From NCBI GenBank assembly GCA_012295275.1, contig CM022670.1, positions 2,542,001-2,606,000 on the forward strand: a stretch of DNA of 64,000 nt, in the 5' to 3' direction. Positions 43,090 through 57,435 of the stretch are shown one piece after another. The stretch is from Chrysomallon squamiferum (lineage: Eukaryota; Animalia; Mollusca). The position numbers and the translations under genes were made by a program. The notes beneath the pieces are model-generated. The model saw nothing but the letters and a program-made list of their open reading frames with translations, ran no database searches and had not been told where the DNA came from. The stretch's first letter is position 1; every line of letters starts with the position of its first letter.

Positions 43090-44139
43090 AAAATAAAAAA
43101 AAAAAAAAAAATAAATTAAATCAAAATAAAGTAATACAAGAAATAAATATTAAATTAAATCCATTAAATCGATAAAATAATTAAAAACAGTGAATGAATG
43201 AATGAATGAATAAAACGGAAGGAATGAAAGATAAGAATAAAAAAGGAAGAAAAACCTAACAGGAAAACGAGATTAACTTTCGAAATTAAAAAAAAAAAAA
43301 AATAATAATAATAATAAAATAAAATAAATTAAATTATTAAATTAAATTATAATAATAACAAACGCTTTGTGAACACAAAATAAAAGGGTGTGTATCGCAA
43401 TTTTCAAAACTGTGAAAAAACTGCAACAATATCAAACGCACGCTTTTTCAATATTTAATGTATAAACTTTTTTTTATTTTCTATATATCAGATGCCGGGC
43501 TCACTAACTAGCGTCTCTCTGCATTTTGAGAATTTAACAGATGTACTATGGCTAACGATCATGGAAGAAGCAATTTAAAACGCCATAAATGAACTTAGAA
43601 AAGTCATATATGTTTTATTATAGCGAGACAAATATCCCAGGGCGCTTGACGCTGTTGTACACTGTGGTTGGGGGTTTAATAAATTTAAGTAATATCTCCA
43701 ATAATGGAAATGCTTGGTCAAGCACATTATCGCGTTTGAAATTATTTTTTTCAGTTGGTTGCGTAAATGCAAGAGATTGTGAGCATTACCGCATCTTTTT
43801 AATACATTTACGAAGACAGGGAGGAGGCCAAAAAGAAGAAAAAAAAAGATACTAATTTTAATGTTTTAGAAGAAAGGAAATAAAATGTTAAAGAAAAATG
43901 AAAAGAAACAAACATAAAAAAGGTTTTAATGTTTAAGACTGTTAAGAGTAAAACGAGCGTTGGAATGAATGTTTTTTTTGTTGTTGACTTAATAACTGAG
44001 AAGATTGAGAGTTAGGTCGTTGTTGTTGCGGATCGTTGTGGTCGGTGTTGTGTTCATGGTGTTCCAATCTGGATGACATCGTCGGTGATGCATGTCGTAT
44101 TATTGAAATTAATTGTCGGTTTATGCTGTGAAGTGAAAA

Positions 44140-44182
<43 letters not shown>

Positions 44183-46918
44183 TTGTTGTATTATTTTTAT
44201 ATTTTCTTTTATTTATCTGTCTGTCTGTCTGTTTATTTTTATTTATTTTTTGATCGTCTGTTTGTTGTTTATTTGTGAATTTATTGGTTAATTTTATTGA
44301 TATGTTTATCTTTTATTTTATTTTATTTTGTTTTATTTTATTTTATTTTATTTTATTTTGCTTATTTAATTTTATTTCCTTCCTTCATTTCATTTATTTT
44401 ATTTTATTTTATTTTATTTTACTTACTTTGTTTGTTAATTTTACCCTTGATAAATAAAGTTTATTTTGTTAAAAGATATACTTAAAAAAATAATAATAAT
44501 TGTACAATCATTGTAATTTTCACCCCTATTTTATTATCCCCCCCGCCACTCAGTACTACTTTCAAACCTATTATTATCTTTTTTCTTTATTTCGTCTTTT
44601 TATTTTTTTTTTTTAAATTTAAAAAAATAAAATAAAATAATAAAAATAATAAATTCTATAATCCCTCTTACATGAAATAGGGGCGCCTTCGGGACATATA
44701 TAATGAAGGTATACTTAAACTACCCTACCATTATATTACTGGAAGAGATGAAGAAGAATAAGAAGGAACAAAAGACGAAAGAAAGAAAGAATGAAAGAAG
44801 AAAGAAATAGAGCACATACAGAAATTATAGGAAGAAGAAGAAACAAACGAATACTACTACTACTACTAATAAAAAAAGAAGAAAAAAAAAGATATTTTGT
44901 ATCTATTTGATCACGAGTCAAATGTACACTTCGTTACCAAAAAGCCAGTGACAATCAAACGTAAGTCACGAAGCGATGAAACTGTTTTGTGTGAACTCGA
45001 CAGTTCACATGTGAACCACACTCACAACGCGCGTGCATTTTACTTCGACACATTGTAACAAAAGACGACGTTTTGTTGAAATAAATAATTGAAAAAGAGT
45101 CTCGTAATTTGTGTCTTTTCCAGTGACAAGTCCTACAAACCAGGTGTTTCTTTTCCCAGAGAAAATACAACTTCTCCCAACCCCGAATTAGCTTAGGCAC
45201 GACTTCAAAAGCAACATTTACTCTCGCCGTATAATTTACACCTTTGGTTATTAGGCCTGTCACCGGCAATGCTTTACATATTGGTTACAGCGATTGTCTA
45301 AGCGCACCGACAGCGCAGTTTCGCATTCACTGCGATATTGTGTTTCGCTTTCTCCCAACAGTCATCTTCGAAACGATAACACGACATTCACAACATCTGT
45401 TGATGTTAAACCAGTTTGAAATGATCAAAATACCATTTTTCTAACCTTACAGAAGATGTGCAAATAAAAGGGAAACAAAAATAATGTCAATAAAGAAAGG
45501 ATATCTGCTGGTATCGCAGTGGATTGTGGGACAGATTTTTTTATTTTTTTTTTTTCTAAAGATTTTGTTTCGTGCTTTATGTTTAAGAACAGACTGGTGA
45601 AACCACAGATACAATAAAAGACGTGAAATTTTTAAAACGAAGAATTGGAAAATAAGATTTTTTTTTATCTTGTTATCCAGGCCGTTCTGTAAACACTATT
45701 GTGAAGAGGAAAAAGAAGAAATCTTGTGTTCAATTTGAAATGGATACTGCATGCAACTGAGGTCTTGATCTTTTGATTATTCCTGTGAGTAAAACGACCA
45801 GCTTCACGGAACAAGAATCAACACAAAATGCACTGGCCTCGGTAATCTTCTTTAACATTTTGTATAGTGCAACATGAAACCGAAGAAAGCAAATTGCTCG
45901 TAACATAGTCTTGGTTATTTGGCCGAGAACAATGACCAAAAAAAAAAAAAGAAAAAAAAAAAAAAACATCCCTCACACAGAGAAGAAAAAAAAAAAACCT
46001 TAACAAACACAGAAAAGAAAAACCGAACAAACACAGAAAAGAAAAACCGAACAAATACAGAATCGAAACCCTAAAACATCCCAAGCATAACAAACACAGA
46101 AAAAAAGAAGAAAAAAATCTAAATTTTTAAAACATATTTAGAAAGAAAAAAAAAGCACATTAAAATTCCTTTAAAACAAAATATATATGTGTGTAGATGT
46201 GTATAGATGTGTGTTTTTGTGAGTGCATGTCTGATGTGTATACGTGTGTGTGTGTGTTTACGTATGTGTATATGTATTTATGACTTTTTATATATTTTAT
46301 GTGGGTTTAAACAAGCTGTATTGATGACATTTTAATAAAATACACCTTTTCGTATGTAGTAAGGATTATAAAATGTAATAAACACAATAAAATGTGGAAA
46401 TATAATATTAATTTTAATTTTTTTTTATATACGTTTCATATTTAATGGGTAATAAAACAGAAATTGATAAAATAAAACAAAACAAGCCAAAAAAAACAAC
46501 AAAAAAACAATAAAGTAATAAAATAATAAAAATAAAAATAAAATTATAAAAACTTACATAAATAAATAAAATAAAGCAATAAAATAACGATAAAAAAATT
46601 TAAAATTTGGTAACATCAAAAGTTTATGAAAAAGTGTATTAATGTTAATTTAAAAACAGTTTTTGTTTTAGTTTTACAATTTCAAAACTTATAGAAAAAA
46701 AAAAAATCATATTAGAAATACTTTTTTTTGTGTGTATTTTTAAAACTTATTTAGAAAAAAAATTATACCAGTAGTGGGCAACTTTTATCTAAACATAAAT
46801 GAGAAAATAAAAATTAAAAACCAGGAGATCATAAGAAAGCTATCTTACAAATCGAAAAATAAATTATAAAAAAATCTTTAAGCGATTATTCCAGACTGCA
46901 TACATGTACACTAATATT

Positions 46919-46962
<44 letters not shown>

Positions 46963-47239
46963 TTTATATATATATATATATCTATAATGGAAAATTAAAT
47001 ATATATTTCTTATTGATATTATTTCAGCCACATCGTCTCTCTGGAATGATTCACCTGACCACATACTTGTTAATGGTCATTTTCCCGAATACGGCGAATG
47101 ACCACACACTATTGCACAGAACTGAGTTTGCCACTGAGTGGAATCAAACGATTAACAGAAGACTTGGAAATTACGTACACTCGTAACCCAGACAGCACAG
47201 ATATATAAAAATAGCCTTACTCTGACTCTACAAACATCC

Positions 47240-47370
47240 ACGACGGTGCAACGGTTAGATCGTCGGCCTTGCGACTTGCAGGTACCGGGAACGATTCCTT
47301 GTACCGGCTCCTACCAAGAGATAATTAAGGAGGTGTAAGACCATGATAACAAGCATCTCCTTATATCTAA
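47240..47370 (+). mobile_element. Decayed tRNA-derived SINE head
   Basis: A-box-like CGGTGCAACGGTTAG, a short stem GTCG..CGAC, and B-box-like GGGAACGATTCC inside an imperfect GGTAC...GTACC hairpin. No intact cloverleaf. Confidence 0.55.
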
Positions 47371-50300
47371 TAAATGCTTAGTATGAAAACAGAACATAAT
47401 TACATAGCTTTTCTTTTAAATGCCTTTATTGTTATTATTATTACTAATACTACTATTAATATTATTATTATTATTATTACTACTATTACTATTATTATTA
47501 TTATTATTGTTATTATTATTTATATTGCTGTAATTGTTATTTATTGGTTTTAAGTATTTATTTATTTATTTTACTTTTTATAATAACTTTTAAAAGACAG
47601 ATTACCAGTGCGGTATAATAATAATAATCGATAACTGATTAATTTAAAAAATAAAATATAATAAAATAAAATAAAATAAATAATTTTAATTTTAATTGTT
47701 AGGATCATCTTGCTTTAAGCAATATATTAAATGTTTATGAAGAAACTTTGTTTAGCGCTGTCTACACTAAATATAAAATATATCCTAATCTTCTACAGTA
47801 ACTTAGACTGTGGAAAAGATAAACAAAAAATTATATTTCAAATTATTTCAGAAAATATGTCCAGATGTGTTCAGATTTTTTGATTAATGATAGAAATGAC
47901 TAGATATTAAACAAATTAACATTTTGTACTTCAAAAGTATTTCAGTTAATGAACAGAACATTCTTTATCTAAAGTTCTTCTGCAACACAACTTTTATTAC
48001 TACTTTCAATCAACTGCTTGATTCTGTTTTTGATACGAACTTACCGTAATATATTTTTTATTTTAAAAAATAAAAATAAAATGATGTACTGAATGAATAA
48101 AGTAATGAGTAAATAATAAAGCATAAATATTATTAACAAATAAAATAAAATGAAATAAATAAATAAATAAATAGTAAAAAAATATGAATGATTTCAATAT
48201 ATTTTCACTTATTTATTAATTTATTACAAATGCGATCAAAAAGCCAAGCATATCACAAACATTTCTTTCCTATTCTTAAACCATCTCAGAAATTTATGTT
48301 CCCGACAAAGACATTGAAAACCACGTTCTACTGTATATTTAACAATCAACAGCTCAAATGAATATTGAACATTGTATATAAATAAATAAGTATTTAAAAG
48401 AAAGAAAGAAAGAAAAAAATTCCTGTAAATATTGTTTCGCACTTCTCCGTAACCGGATTTCATTTTATTTGCTTTCACCTATTTCGTAAGCTGTGTAAAT
48501 TCCTTCCCGTCACCAAGGCACCGCTGCCAATTGCTGAGTATTTGTTTTCGTCGTCATAATATTAGATCACACTTTGATAGTCTGAGGCGAAGAGACAATT
48601 AGACAAAGCATAAGGGCAAATAAAGAAAAGAGAACTATTTATTGAAGATTACTTCAAGAAGAAAAAGAGAACTCTCATTCACTTTTGCTTGATAAACATC
48701 AGTCCATTAATTTTTACCTCAAGAGATCAATTAAAATCTGAAATAGCTCGAGGGGCATGTTCTTTTCTGTCTTTCTCGCTTTGAGAAAAACGCAAAAAGA
48801 AAGAAAGAAAGAAAGGAAGAAGAGAGAGAGAAAGAGAGACGGGGCGAATGATGCAGAGATAGGAAATACACGTCTGACTGTTTGTGTACATAGTGTCTGT
48901 ATGTGTGTTTGTGTTTTATGTAGATCGCGAGATCCACAATATACATAGAGTTACAGACATCTAGAGAAAGGGCTTTTACGTAAATAGCTATTATATGATT
49001 TTCTTATTTATTTTATATGCATGTATGTTTGTGTGTATGTGACTATGCATACATGTGTGCTTACGTACTTACATATGTAAGAATGAATATTTGAAAGTAC
49101 GTACGAAAGTAAGAACGAACGAACGAATGAATGAATGAATGAATAAGGAAATCAATAGAATTACGACAGCCAGGCTGTTCTTTATCCGCCGAGCCTTTGA
49201 GCGGACGCGAACTGTTGTCACAGTGACAAGGGTGGGACCAGGAGGGAGCAGACGACAAAAGCAAACCGAGCGCGTGCTTAACAATTGTCGACAAAACGAC
49301 AGCTTTCTTTAAATAACAAACAGCTTTAGGTAATAATCCATTTCTGGCCTGTATTTTGAAAATAACCAAACATTTGTCAAGCAAACGAAATCGCGGTTGT
49401 TATTTTTATGTAGTGAGCGTTATATAACCCATTACAAATAGTGACGAATGAATGAATGAAAAGGTTCAATACGAGTTTTCTGTTACGAAGGAGAAAAGTG
49501 GAAAGAGACGGGGGAAATGAGAAAGAGAATGTGATTTTCGAACTGTTATCTGCACGGGCAAAGTGAATTTCGTTCAGATAAATTAATAGTATATACATAC
49601 ACGTGTATTTGTGTTTGTGTGTTTGTCTGAGCGTGTGTGAATATACATATAAATAAAGATTAATTTGCTACAGTTATAATAAACTATCGATTACAGGAAG
49701 AAAGCTAATTTTGAGAGGTGCACAAACAAGACAAAAGAAAAAACAACAGAGTAAAAAAAACATACAAGAATAAAGACAAAATGTTTCTAACTTTAGTTCA
49801 GATTGCAAAAAAAAATTCAAATTGAAAACGTAGGAAGAAAAGAGAGAGACAGAGAGTGAGATTAAAAAGAAAAGGAAGAAAGAAAAAGGTGTTGAAAACT
49901 TGATGAATATTCCGGTTATAATGAGACAAGGTAGGTTTCTGTTTTGTGAGGAAAGTGTGGATGTTAGGAGGAAACTGAAGGTTTAGGATAACACGACAGA
50001 ATCACTGGATATCAGATGTAGATTATAAAAATAATGTAGTGTCCACTGATACTGTGTAATGAGTTCACAAAAAATTTAAAAGAAAGAAAGAAATAATAAG
50101 CATGAAAAAAAGAAAAGATAAAGATTATTATTTGTCATCATCATCATCATCACTGACATCTTCGTCAAATTCATCATCTATAAATTAATTTTCACCACAA
50201 TTCACAAAATCATCATGAACATCGATATTATTATTATTATCTACAACGACGACAACGACAACGTGTTATATACGACGGCATTTCAGTCTGTTAATAAAAG

Positions 50301-53300
50301 TCAGGATAACACTCGTAAACTGATGATAATAAGACCATCATTTCAGCGAGCTCTGTCGTATCGCGTTACGTTCGTGTCAGCAAACCATCACGTCAATACC
50401 AAAGTAACCGTGCAGCTCGCCGTGTTTTCGCCAGATACAGTGGATAAACCAACAGCAGATTAAACAAGCATTGTCCCTTTCTCTGTGTGTCTCGGCGTGT
50501 CTAATTAAACTTTCAGTCATATTATTAAATTACAAACCACTTCTAGTTAATCACAAAATTCTGGCGCTTATATTCAATTTTTTTTTTTTTTTTCATTTTT
50601 TTTTTTTTTTTTTTTCTTCTAAATCTCAGTTGAAGATGCAAGAAATTAAAACGAGTTTCTTGAATAACAAATTAATTGCCTTGTAGCTCCCACGAAGACG
50701 AGTACCCAGGGTGATTAAAACGACTTAGTGTTCTCAGTTTCCCTTAATTGTATTCAAACCGATTTGGCGAAACTGAAAGCTAACGCAGACTTTGCCTCTT
50801 GGCGACGCGGAATATCTTTTGTAACGAAGTCTGGAAACAATGTGTGGCAGGGTCATGCTTAAAAAAACGAAAGATCACAAAAGTTTCAAGAGATTTTGGG
50901 TAAAACCCATCAAAAGACAAATTATTATTATTATTATTCTTTTCTTTTTTTTTTTTTCTTTTTTTTTTATATCTCGAAGAAAAGAAAAAAACAAAACAAA
51001 AAAATTCAAATCCAACCGGGTGAGTTAATAAGTCACAAATGTCATTTTTTTTGTTTTCTTTCTTTCTCTGACTCTCTCTCTCTCTCACCCCTCTTCCTTA
51101 TTCTATTGCTTTCAAATTTGCGCCAGATCTTTCCCTCTTCCTATGACAGCTGTAGGTCTCTGTGCTAATGGGAATTAAATAACATATCTTTGTTTCCAAT
51201 AAAAGACCAACTGTTCAGGTTAGTTTTGCGAGAAAAGGCAAAACACACATTAATTAGACATGATTAAGCGTTTCTAATCTTCCCTAATATTGTCATTGTG
51301 GGGTGTGGAGCAAGGATGCATCCTTAACCCGGGGCTACACAATGGCTCTCATTAACATAACTGGGAGACGCGTCAGTTTTTTTTTCACTTTCATAATAAA
51401 AAAAAGAAAGAAAAAAAGAAGAACACTAGAGACGAAGATATTTTTCTAATATTGAAACTGGACGGATAAAATAAGATTGATTGCTCGTTTCCAAATAAAA
51501 GAATGGTTTGTCAAACGTATTGACAAAGTGTCAAAAAGCAAGAATAAATTGAAACAATATTAATTTCACGAAGATACATTGACTTAACATGCATTAAATG
51601 TTTTTTTTGGGGGGTTTTAAATTCTGTTTTTCCTGGGTGGGTGTACAAGTAAGTACTTTAAAGGAAAGCAGATGTTTCCAGTGAACGTGAGAGTGTGTTT
51701 TGTTAACTGAAGTATTTGTGTTATGTGCATGTGGGTATCTTTGTCTCTGTTCGTGTGCATGTTCCAGTCCTTCTTTAAAAAAAAATGTATATACGGTGTA
51801 CATACTTGTTACAATTATGTAAGATGTCTATAATTATTGTATCAGGTTTCATTACGTATGCATTATGTGTGTGTGTGTGTGTTTATATATATACATATAT
51901 AATTACCTGTAGGTGCGCATATATGTATATATGTGTGCATGCATGCATGTATGTACGTACGTACCTATGTATGTATGTATATATGTATATGCATGTTTGT
52001 ATGTATGTATGTATGAATGTATGTCTGTATTTATTCACTAATATAAACACACACATATATATATATATAAACAGTAAGCTTATTGCTTATATATATATAC
52101 ACACACACATATACACACCTTTATGTACTTATCTTGCAAGTATACATGCAGTTTAGATATACTTATATGCATATTTACTCATAATATTATAATGTTATTT
52201 CGATATGTACTAAATCAATGTTTAAACCAGTTTGATGCTCTGCATAAAATATTACGTCTATTCGATAGTTTATAAATATTTAAAATTCGCTAAGCAAATA
52301 CACAACGCAAGATGAAACACAACACCTCGCCTTTGTTCTTAAGGCATTCACAATCATTTTAATGTCCTACGATTAGACAGTACGTTCATTTCTTAAACAA
52401 CCATAAACAGGATTTTAGATTCTGAAGAAAACATGACTTTTATATATGACCGATGACCGTATAACGTGAAGCTTGTCCTAACTGTGTGGTTTATTGTTCT
52501 GTTTTTGTAGTGTGGTTTCTTGTTGGGTTTTTTGGTGATTTTTGTGTTGTATTTTTTTTTTTTTTTTTTTTTTTCAGCTTGTTTTCTCGTCTATATGTAG
52601 TTAAACTGTCAAGAGTTTAACGATAGCCCTTTACTTAACCTTCACGAAATTACATATTTAAATATATGCACATAATTACTTAAGCCGGGATATACGATTA
52701 CGATCCATGTCAGGTAAAACAAAAAAATAAATAAACAGACGTAAAGAGAGGATTTAATTTTGCTAAAACGGTTATGACTGAATTTTATTTATTTTTTTGT
52801 TTAAATTATTTTGCCTTCTGCTTTGAAAGGAGATCAGTAACTTATCTGAGTTTATTCTAATTTTATTTCAGATATTTAAATAAATATTTGTCGTCTGCCA
52901 ACCCTTAGAAACATGAACAAATAGAGGGACCCATTTTTTGATTTTTTAAATTTTATAAATATTATTTTTTTTTTTTTGTCGCTGATTTAAAATGCTGTCG
53001 AATGACACAACAGTAACATACTGATTAATTTTCTATAATCTATTATCTTTTGTTTATGAGACACATTCTACATATGTACAACACAGCATTTCCATGAGCG
53101 GCTTGGATTCTTCCAACAGAATTGATACGATATACCTTGGTCCTTTATTATAAACATCACGGAGAACTCTTTGGAACGTGGTCTTGATATGACATAATGG
53201 AAATGTTCTAAAAGGTCTTTAGACGGTCCAGAAGTATCACAGATTCGAAAAAAAACCTGATGGACCACAACAGGGGATCGATCTTAGAACTCTGCGCATC

Positions 53301-53836
53301 AAATGAGAGGGTTTTATCAGTGGACATAATCTTGGCCACTTTTTTTCCCATAGAGATTCCTTTCCAACATCGTCGTGGTTATCTTCCGAGATAAATAAAT
53401 CAATAACCTGGGCGGTGTAACCGATTAAACCGTGGCCGAAGTCGAGAAAAGAGGGCAAATAAATTCAACTCGTGTTAATATATCTGTTTGTTGTCTGAGT
53501 GGCTCGAGAGAAAAGGGCGACAGCTGACAACGAGCTTATTGCTGTTGCCACGATTAAACCACATCTAATTGAAGGGAATTTCTCATTTGATTACACGTGA
53601 ACATTTTTAATTTCTTCACTGCAACTGCCGAAGTCCATCTACCCCCGCGAGTCTTCGAGATAAGCCGCGCCTCGACGCTGGAACAATAAAAACCCGAAAC
53701 GAACGGCAATAACCGGCGTCGTAACTTTTACCTCTGACAAATTCTCAACGTTTGAACGGTCATCGGGGGGAAAGATAAGTGTGTATACTTTTTCGAAAAC
53801 GGATGCAATTAAACTGATTTGGGTGTCCAACGTTTA

Positions 53837-53848
53837 CAAGATGGCGGC
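53837..53848 (+). promoter_or_regulatory. YY1/Pho consensus motif CAAGATGGCGGC
   Basis: Exact 12-bp match inside a CpG-rich non-repetitive block (about 53370-53950). Confidence 0.5.
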
Positions 53849-54420
53849 TATCACCCGAGTGCTATTATTCATCTACGTGTGCGCGAGAAAAACAAATCCT
53901 TTGATTTACTGGATATACCGGGGTCTAAAATCCACTCCCCTTCCTTATAGGATATGAAGTGGGCTGAAGGGGAGTTTTAAAACAGTCGTTAATTAAATCT
54001 GGTTTATGGAAGAGTGTCGGCTTGGTTTTACAATTTCACAAAAGAGATTTACCTGCACAGGTGCAATTATCTTCGACAGACATTTTTATTTGTTTGACTC
54101 TGCATCATAAGCAAGATAATTTAAATGCAAAAGAACATTTATTTTTCATTTTACTCTTTTTTATTTCTGCTGCCAGACTTCTTAATTATGTGCAATAACA
54201 TCTAACTCGCATTTTAATAGGAATTCTAAGTCATAATTTGAAAAGTGTCTTCATACGATGATAATAGCGATTTTGACTGAGTATTAGAAAGACGGCGATA
54301 TGTTAATCTTGTGAGAGCGTAGATAAAAAAAAAAAATACTTAGCGGAAAAATGATGGAGAAAAGAAAAAGAGTGAGAATGAAGAAGAAGAATATAAGAAG
54401 GGAAAAAAGGAACAGAAAAG

Positions 54421-54504
<84 letters not shown>
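54421..54504. repeat. (GA)n microsatellite
   Basis: Directly visible. Confidence 0.97.
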
Positions 54505-54507
<3 letters not shown>

Positions 54508-54728
54508 AAAGAAATTAAGACAAGCAGACAGATAAGAAAGATAAAGAAAGATTAATGAATTAAAAAGATAATAAGAATTGGGGAGATAAATAGACCAGAA
54601 CAACACAATACCGATTCACAAACTACTACTACAGTATATCAACATCAAATATTATTTTTAAAATGTGCTTTCACTGTTCGTAATAGCAAATCAATTTTCC
54701 ATAGCACAGGTAACTCCCGGGAGAAGGA

Positions 54729-54768
<40 letters not shown>

Positions 54769-55422
54769 TATACATAATGGAGCAATCGACCCACCGATCT
54801 TTAAATATCTCTTGATTTGCAAATCTCCTTTCTTTCTGTGACTGTTAAATATTGTCAAAAATATAATTTATTATAAACATTACTTCAAAAACACATTCAG
54901 GTTAAGAAGATATACAGGTGATATAAAATTTACGGCCGAGGGTGTGCTTGTATCAATACAGCGGCATATTTTACCGTGTCGAGTAAATACGAAACAACGG
55001 TGTTTTTACTCGTGTAAATATCATTATGAATGAGTGTATTTCGACGAGGTGATTTTCTTGGATCACGGAGTCAGTTTAACGTGATAGGAAGGTCGAACTG
55101 CATGCAGTCACTTTGCCGATTCTTGGCAGAGCCTCGCGTCCCGCGGAGAAACAGAATATTTGTGAGTGAAATAACACTCAGAGCAACACAATAGCGTGTT
55201 CCACGTAGTCAGTATTATTTACTGCGTTCTTGTTTCTTTTTTATTACTCAAAAATTATTGGTTTGATGAACAACCCAAGTTCAAAAGTAAGGTTATGAAA
55301 CACGAAACTTTGATATAGAATTAAATTACTGATAAAATGATAGAATGGAATGAGAAGGGCTGATCTAAATTTCAGGAAAGAAGCGTGCTATCATTATGGA
55401 CATAACTTTCAAGCTGAAGAAA

Positions 55423-55458
<36 letters not shown>

Positions 55459-55605
55459 TAGATAGATAGATAGATAGATTTAATATATATTTACATATTT
55501 AAAAAAAAAAAAAAAAAAATAATAAAAAATAAAATAAATAAATATAACAAAAAAAAAAAAATAGGAGGCCCTCAGAAGCCCAACCCATGGGTTATTTTTC
55601 TTTCA

Positions 55606-55702
55606 GTTTGTCTGTCATTAGTCTCTGTATGTTTGTTTGTCTGTCATTAGTCTCTCTATGTTTGTCTGTCTGTCATTAGTCTCTCTATGTTTGTTTGTCT
55701 GT
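55606..55702. repeat. Short minisatellite, 3 copies
   Basis: Repeated GTTTGTCTGTCATTAGTCTCTSTAT units. Confidence 0.8.
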
Positions 55703-57264
55703 ATGGTTTTTCCATTGTCTTCTGTCTATGTGATTAGCTACATAAGTACAAAAGGCCAGTCAGTGTCCATTACTGTTTCTCTCTTTATATATTTTAATTT
55801 ACTGTTGTTGTTTTTTTTAGTTAGATACACATGAGCACATAAAGCGATAAAATTCAAACTCTGACGTAATGTCATATTTACATTAACTTCGATGATGCAA
55901 TAAACACGTGTATCTGAGCACTACGTGAAACACCCGTTTACAGCCGTGTTAACATTTCGTTGTGTACTTTCCGTATAAAACTTAACTGTTACATAACGAG
56001 GCTTGCTCTATCTGTGTCTGCGACTATTACGTCACATCTCTGGAGAGTATCATAATATATTAAAATAATACACATTCCATACAAACATACGTACGTAATA
56101 ATACCCATACATACATAGATATATATACAGATATACGTACCTATACATACATACACATACATACACACAAGTAAATTCACACACTCATATCAATATACTG
56201 GAATAAAACGTACCAAGAATCGCTATTAACTAAATTACACACGAAACATTAAATAATAATAATAAAAAAAAAATATAATAATAATAATAATAAAAAAACA
56301 CACAGATAAGACAAATAAAACAGCAACAAACAAACAAAAACGACAGGAAACTTGAACAAAGAAAACGCCAACGTGAACGACATAATTTGGCACTCCTCTG
56401 CAGATTCGTAATCTGTCTTCAAACGCCTTCGTTTGACTACGTCGTCTCTTGTTTGGCGTAAACACTCGAACGTAAAATAGCTCGTTTACGGGTAGAAGCT
56501 TTCCGTGAGTCCGTCCGGAAGAGAAGTCATCTTATCTTATCAACGTTGTGCTAATGTGCTAATTGTCGAAGAGACAAGACTACGACGGAGCTGTGCTTCA
56601 CACTTAACACCCCGACAACAACGTTTACTTACAAGGGATGACAGAAGATTGCACAAACGAAGGGTGGGGGGTGGTGGGGTTGAAAAGAGGGGGATGTGAT
56701 GATGAAGGTGCGCGAGGGATGGTGTTTGTGGTCATTAAATCTTTCGATTATTAAAACTATGGATTGTTTCTAAGATAGTTTAGGTATGTATAAATGTTGT
56801 GATTGCGTGAAGGTTTGTTTCTATACGTGTGTATGTGTGTTTGCGTATGTGTTTACATGTTTCCTTCCACAATCTTAAAAGTTATCAGTGTCGTAATCAC
56901 AAAAGTACATTTTAGTAAGCATGCGTTATGTCATATTGGTGATACCGCATGACGCAATAAAAACACGAGATATCACAATCATTCCGTGTGATAGCAAAAA
57001 TATGACAAAGCTTTTGTTCTTTTTATCTTAGCATTTTTGTAAACAAAGCATTAATTTAGTGTTTGTTATTCATATAGAAAAACAAAAACAGCTTTAATTT
57101 TGGTTTTTAAAAAATGTTTACCTTAATTTATTCCTTCATACATATAAATAAATATACATATATGCATACAGATATACAAAAGAAAAAACAACGTACATGT
57201 ATATACATACAAGTACATTACTACATACATAAAAATATATAATATAACCTACGTAAAAACCACA

Positions 57265-57435
57265 CACACATACACATACATACATATATTCATAGATATA
57301 TACATACATACATACCTATACATACACACATACACATACATACATACATACATACATACATACATACATACACACACACACATACATACATACATACATA
57401 CATACATACATACACAGATACATACATACATACAT
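57265..57435. repeat. (CATA)n/(CA)n microsatellite
   Basis: Directly visible. Confidence 0.93.

Noticed and set aside
47110-47132. miR-92-like seed TATTGCAC
   Set aside because: Only the seed matches and no precursor hairpin contains it.
47240-47320. Functional tRNA gene
   Set aside because: The A and B boxes are degenerate and there is no acceptor stem. It fits a SINE relic better.
51839-51850. Six/So (MEF3) consensus GTATCAGGTTTC
   Set aside because: It is appealing for a retinal-determination gene, but about one hit is expected by chance in 64 kb and it sits beside microsatellite DNA.
53068-53830. Minus-strand ORFs as the missing DD1 exon or a nested gene
   Set aside because: There are no Ski/Sno/Dac motifs, no recognisable domain and no convincing splice chain.
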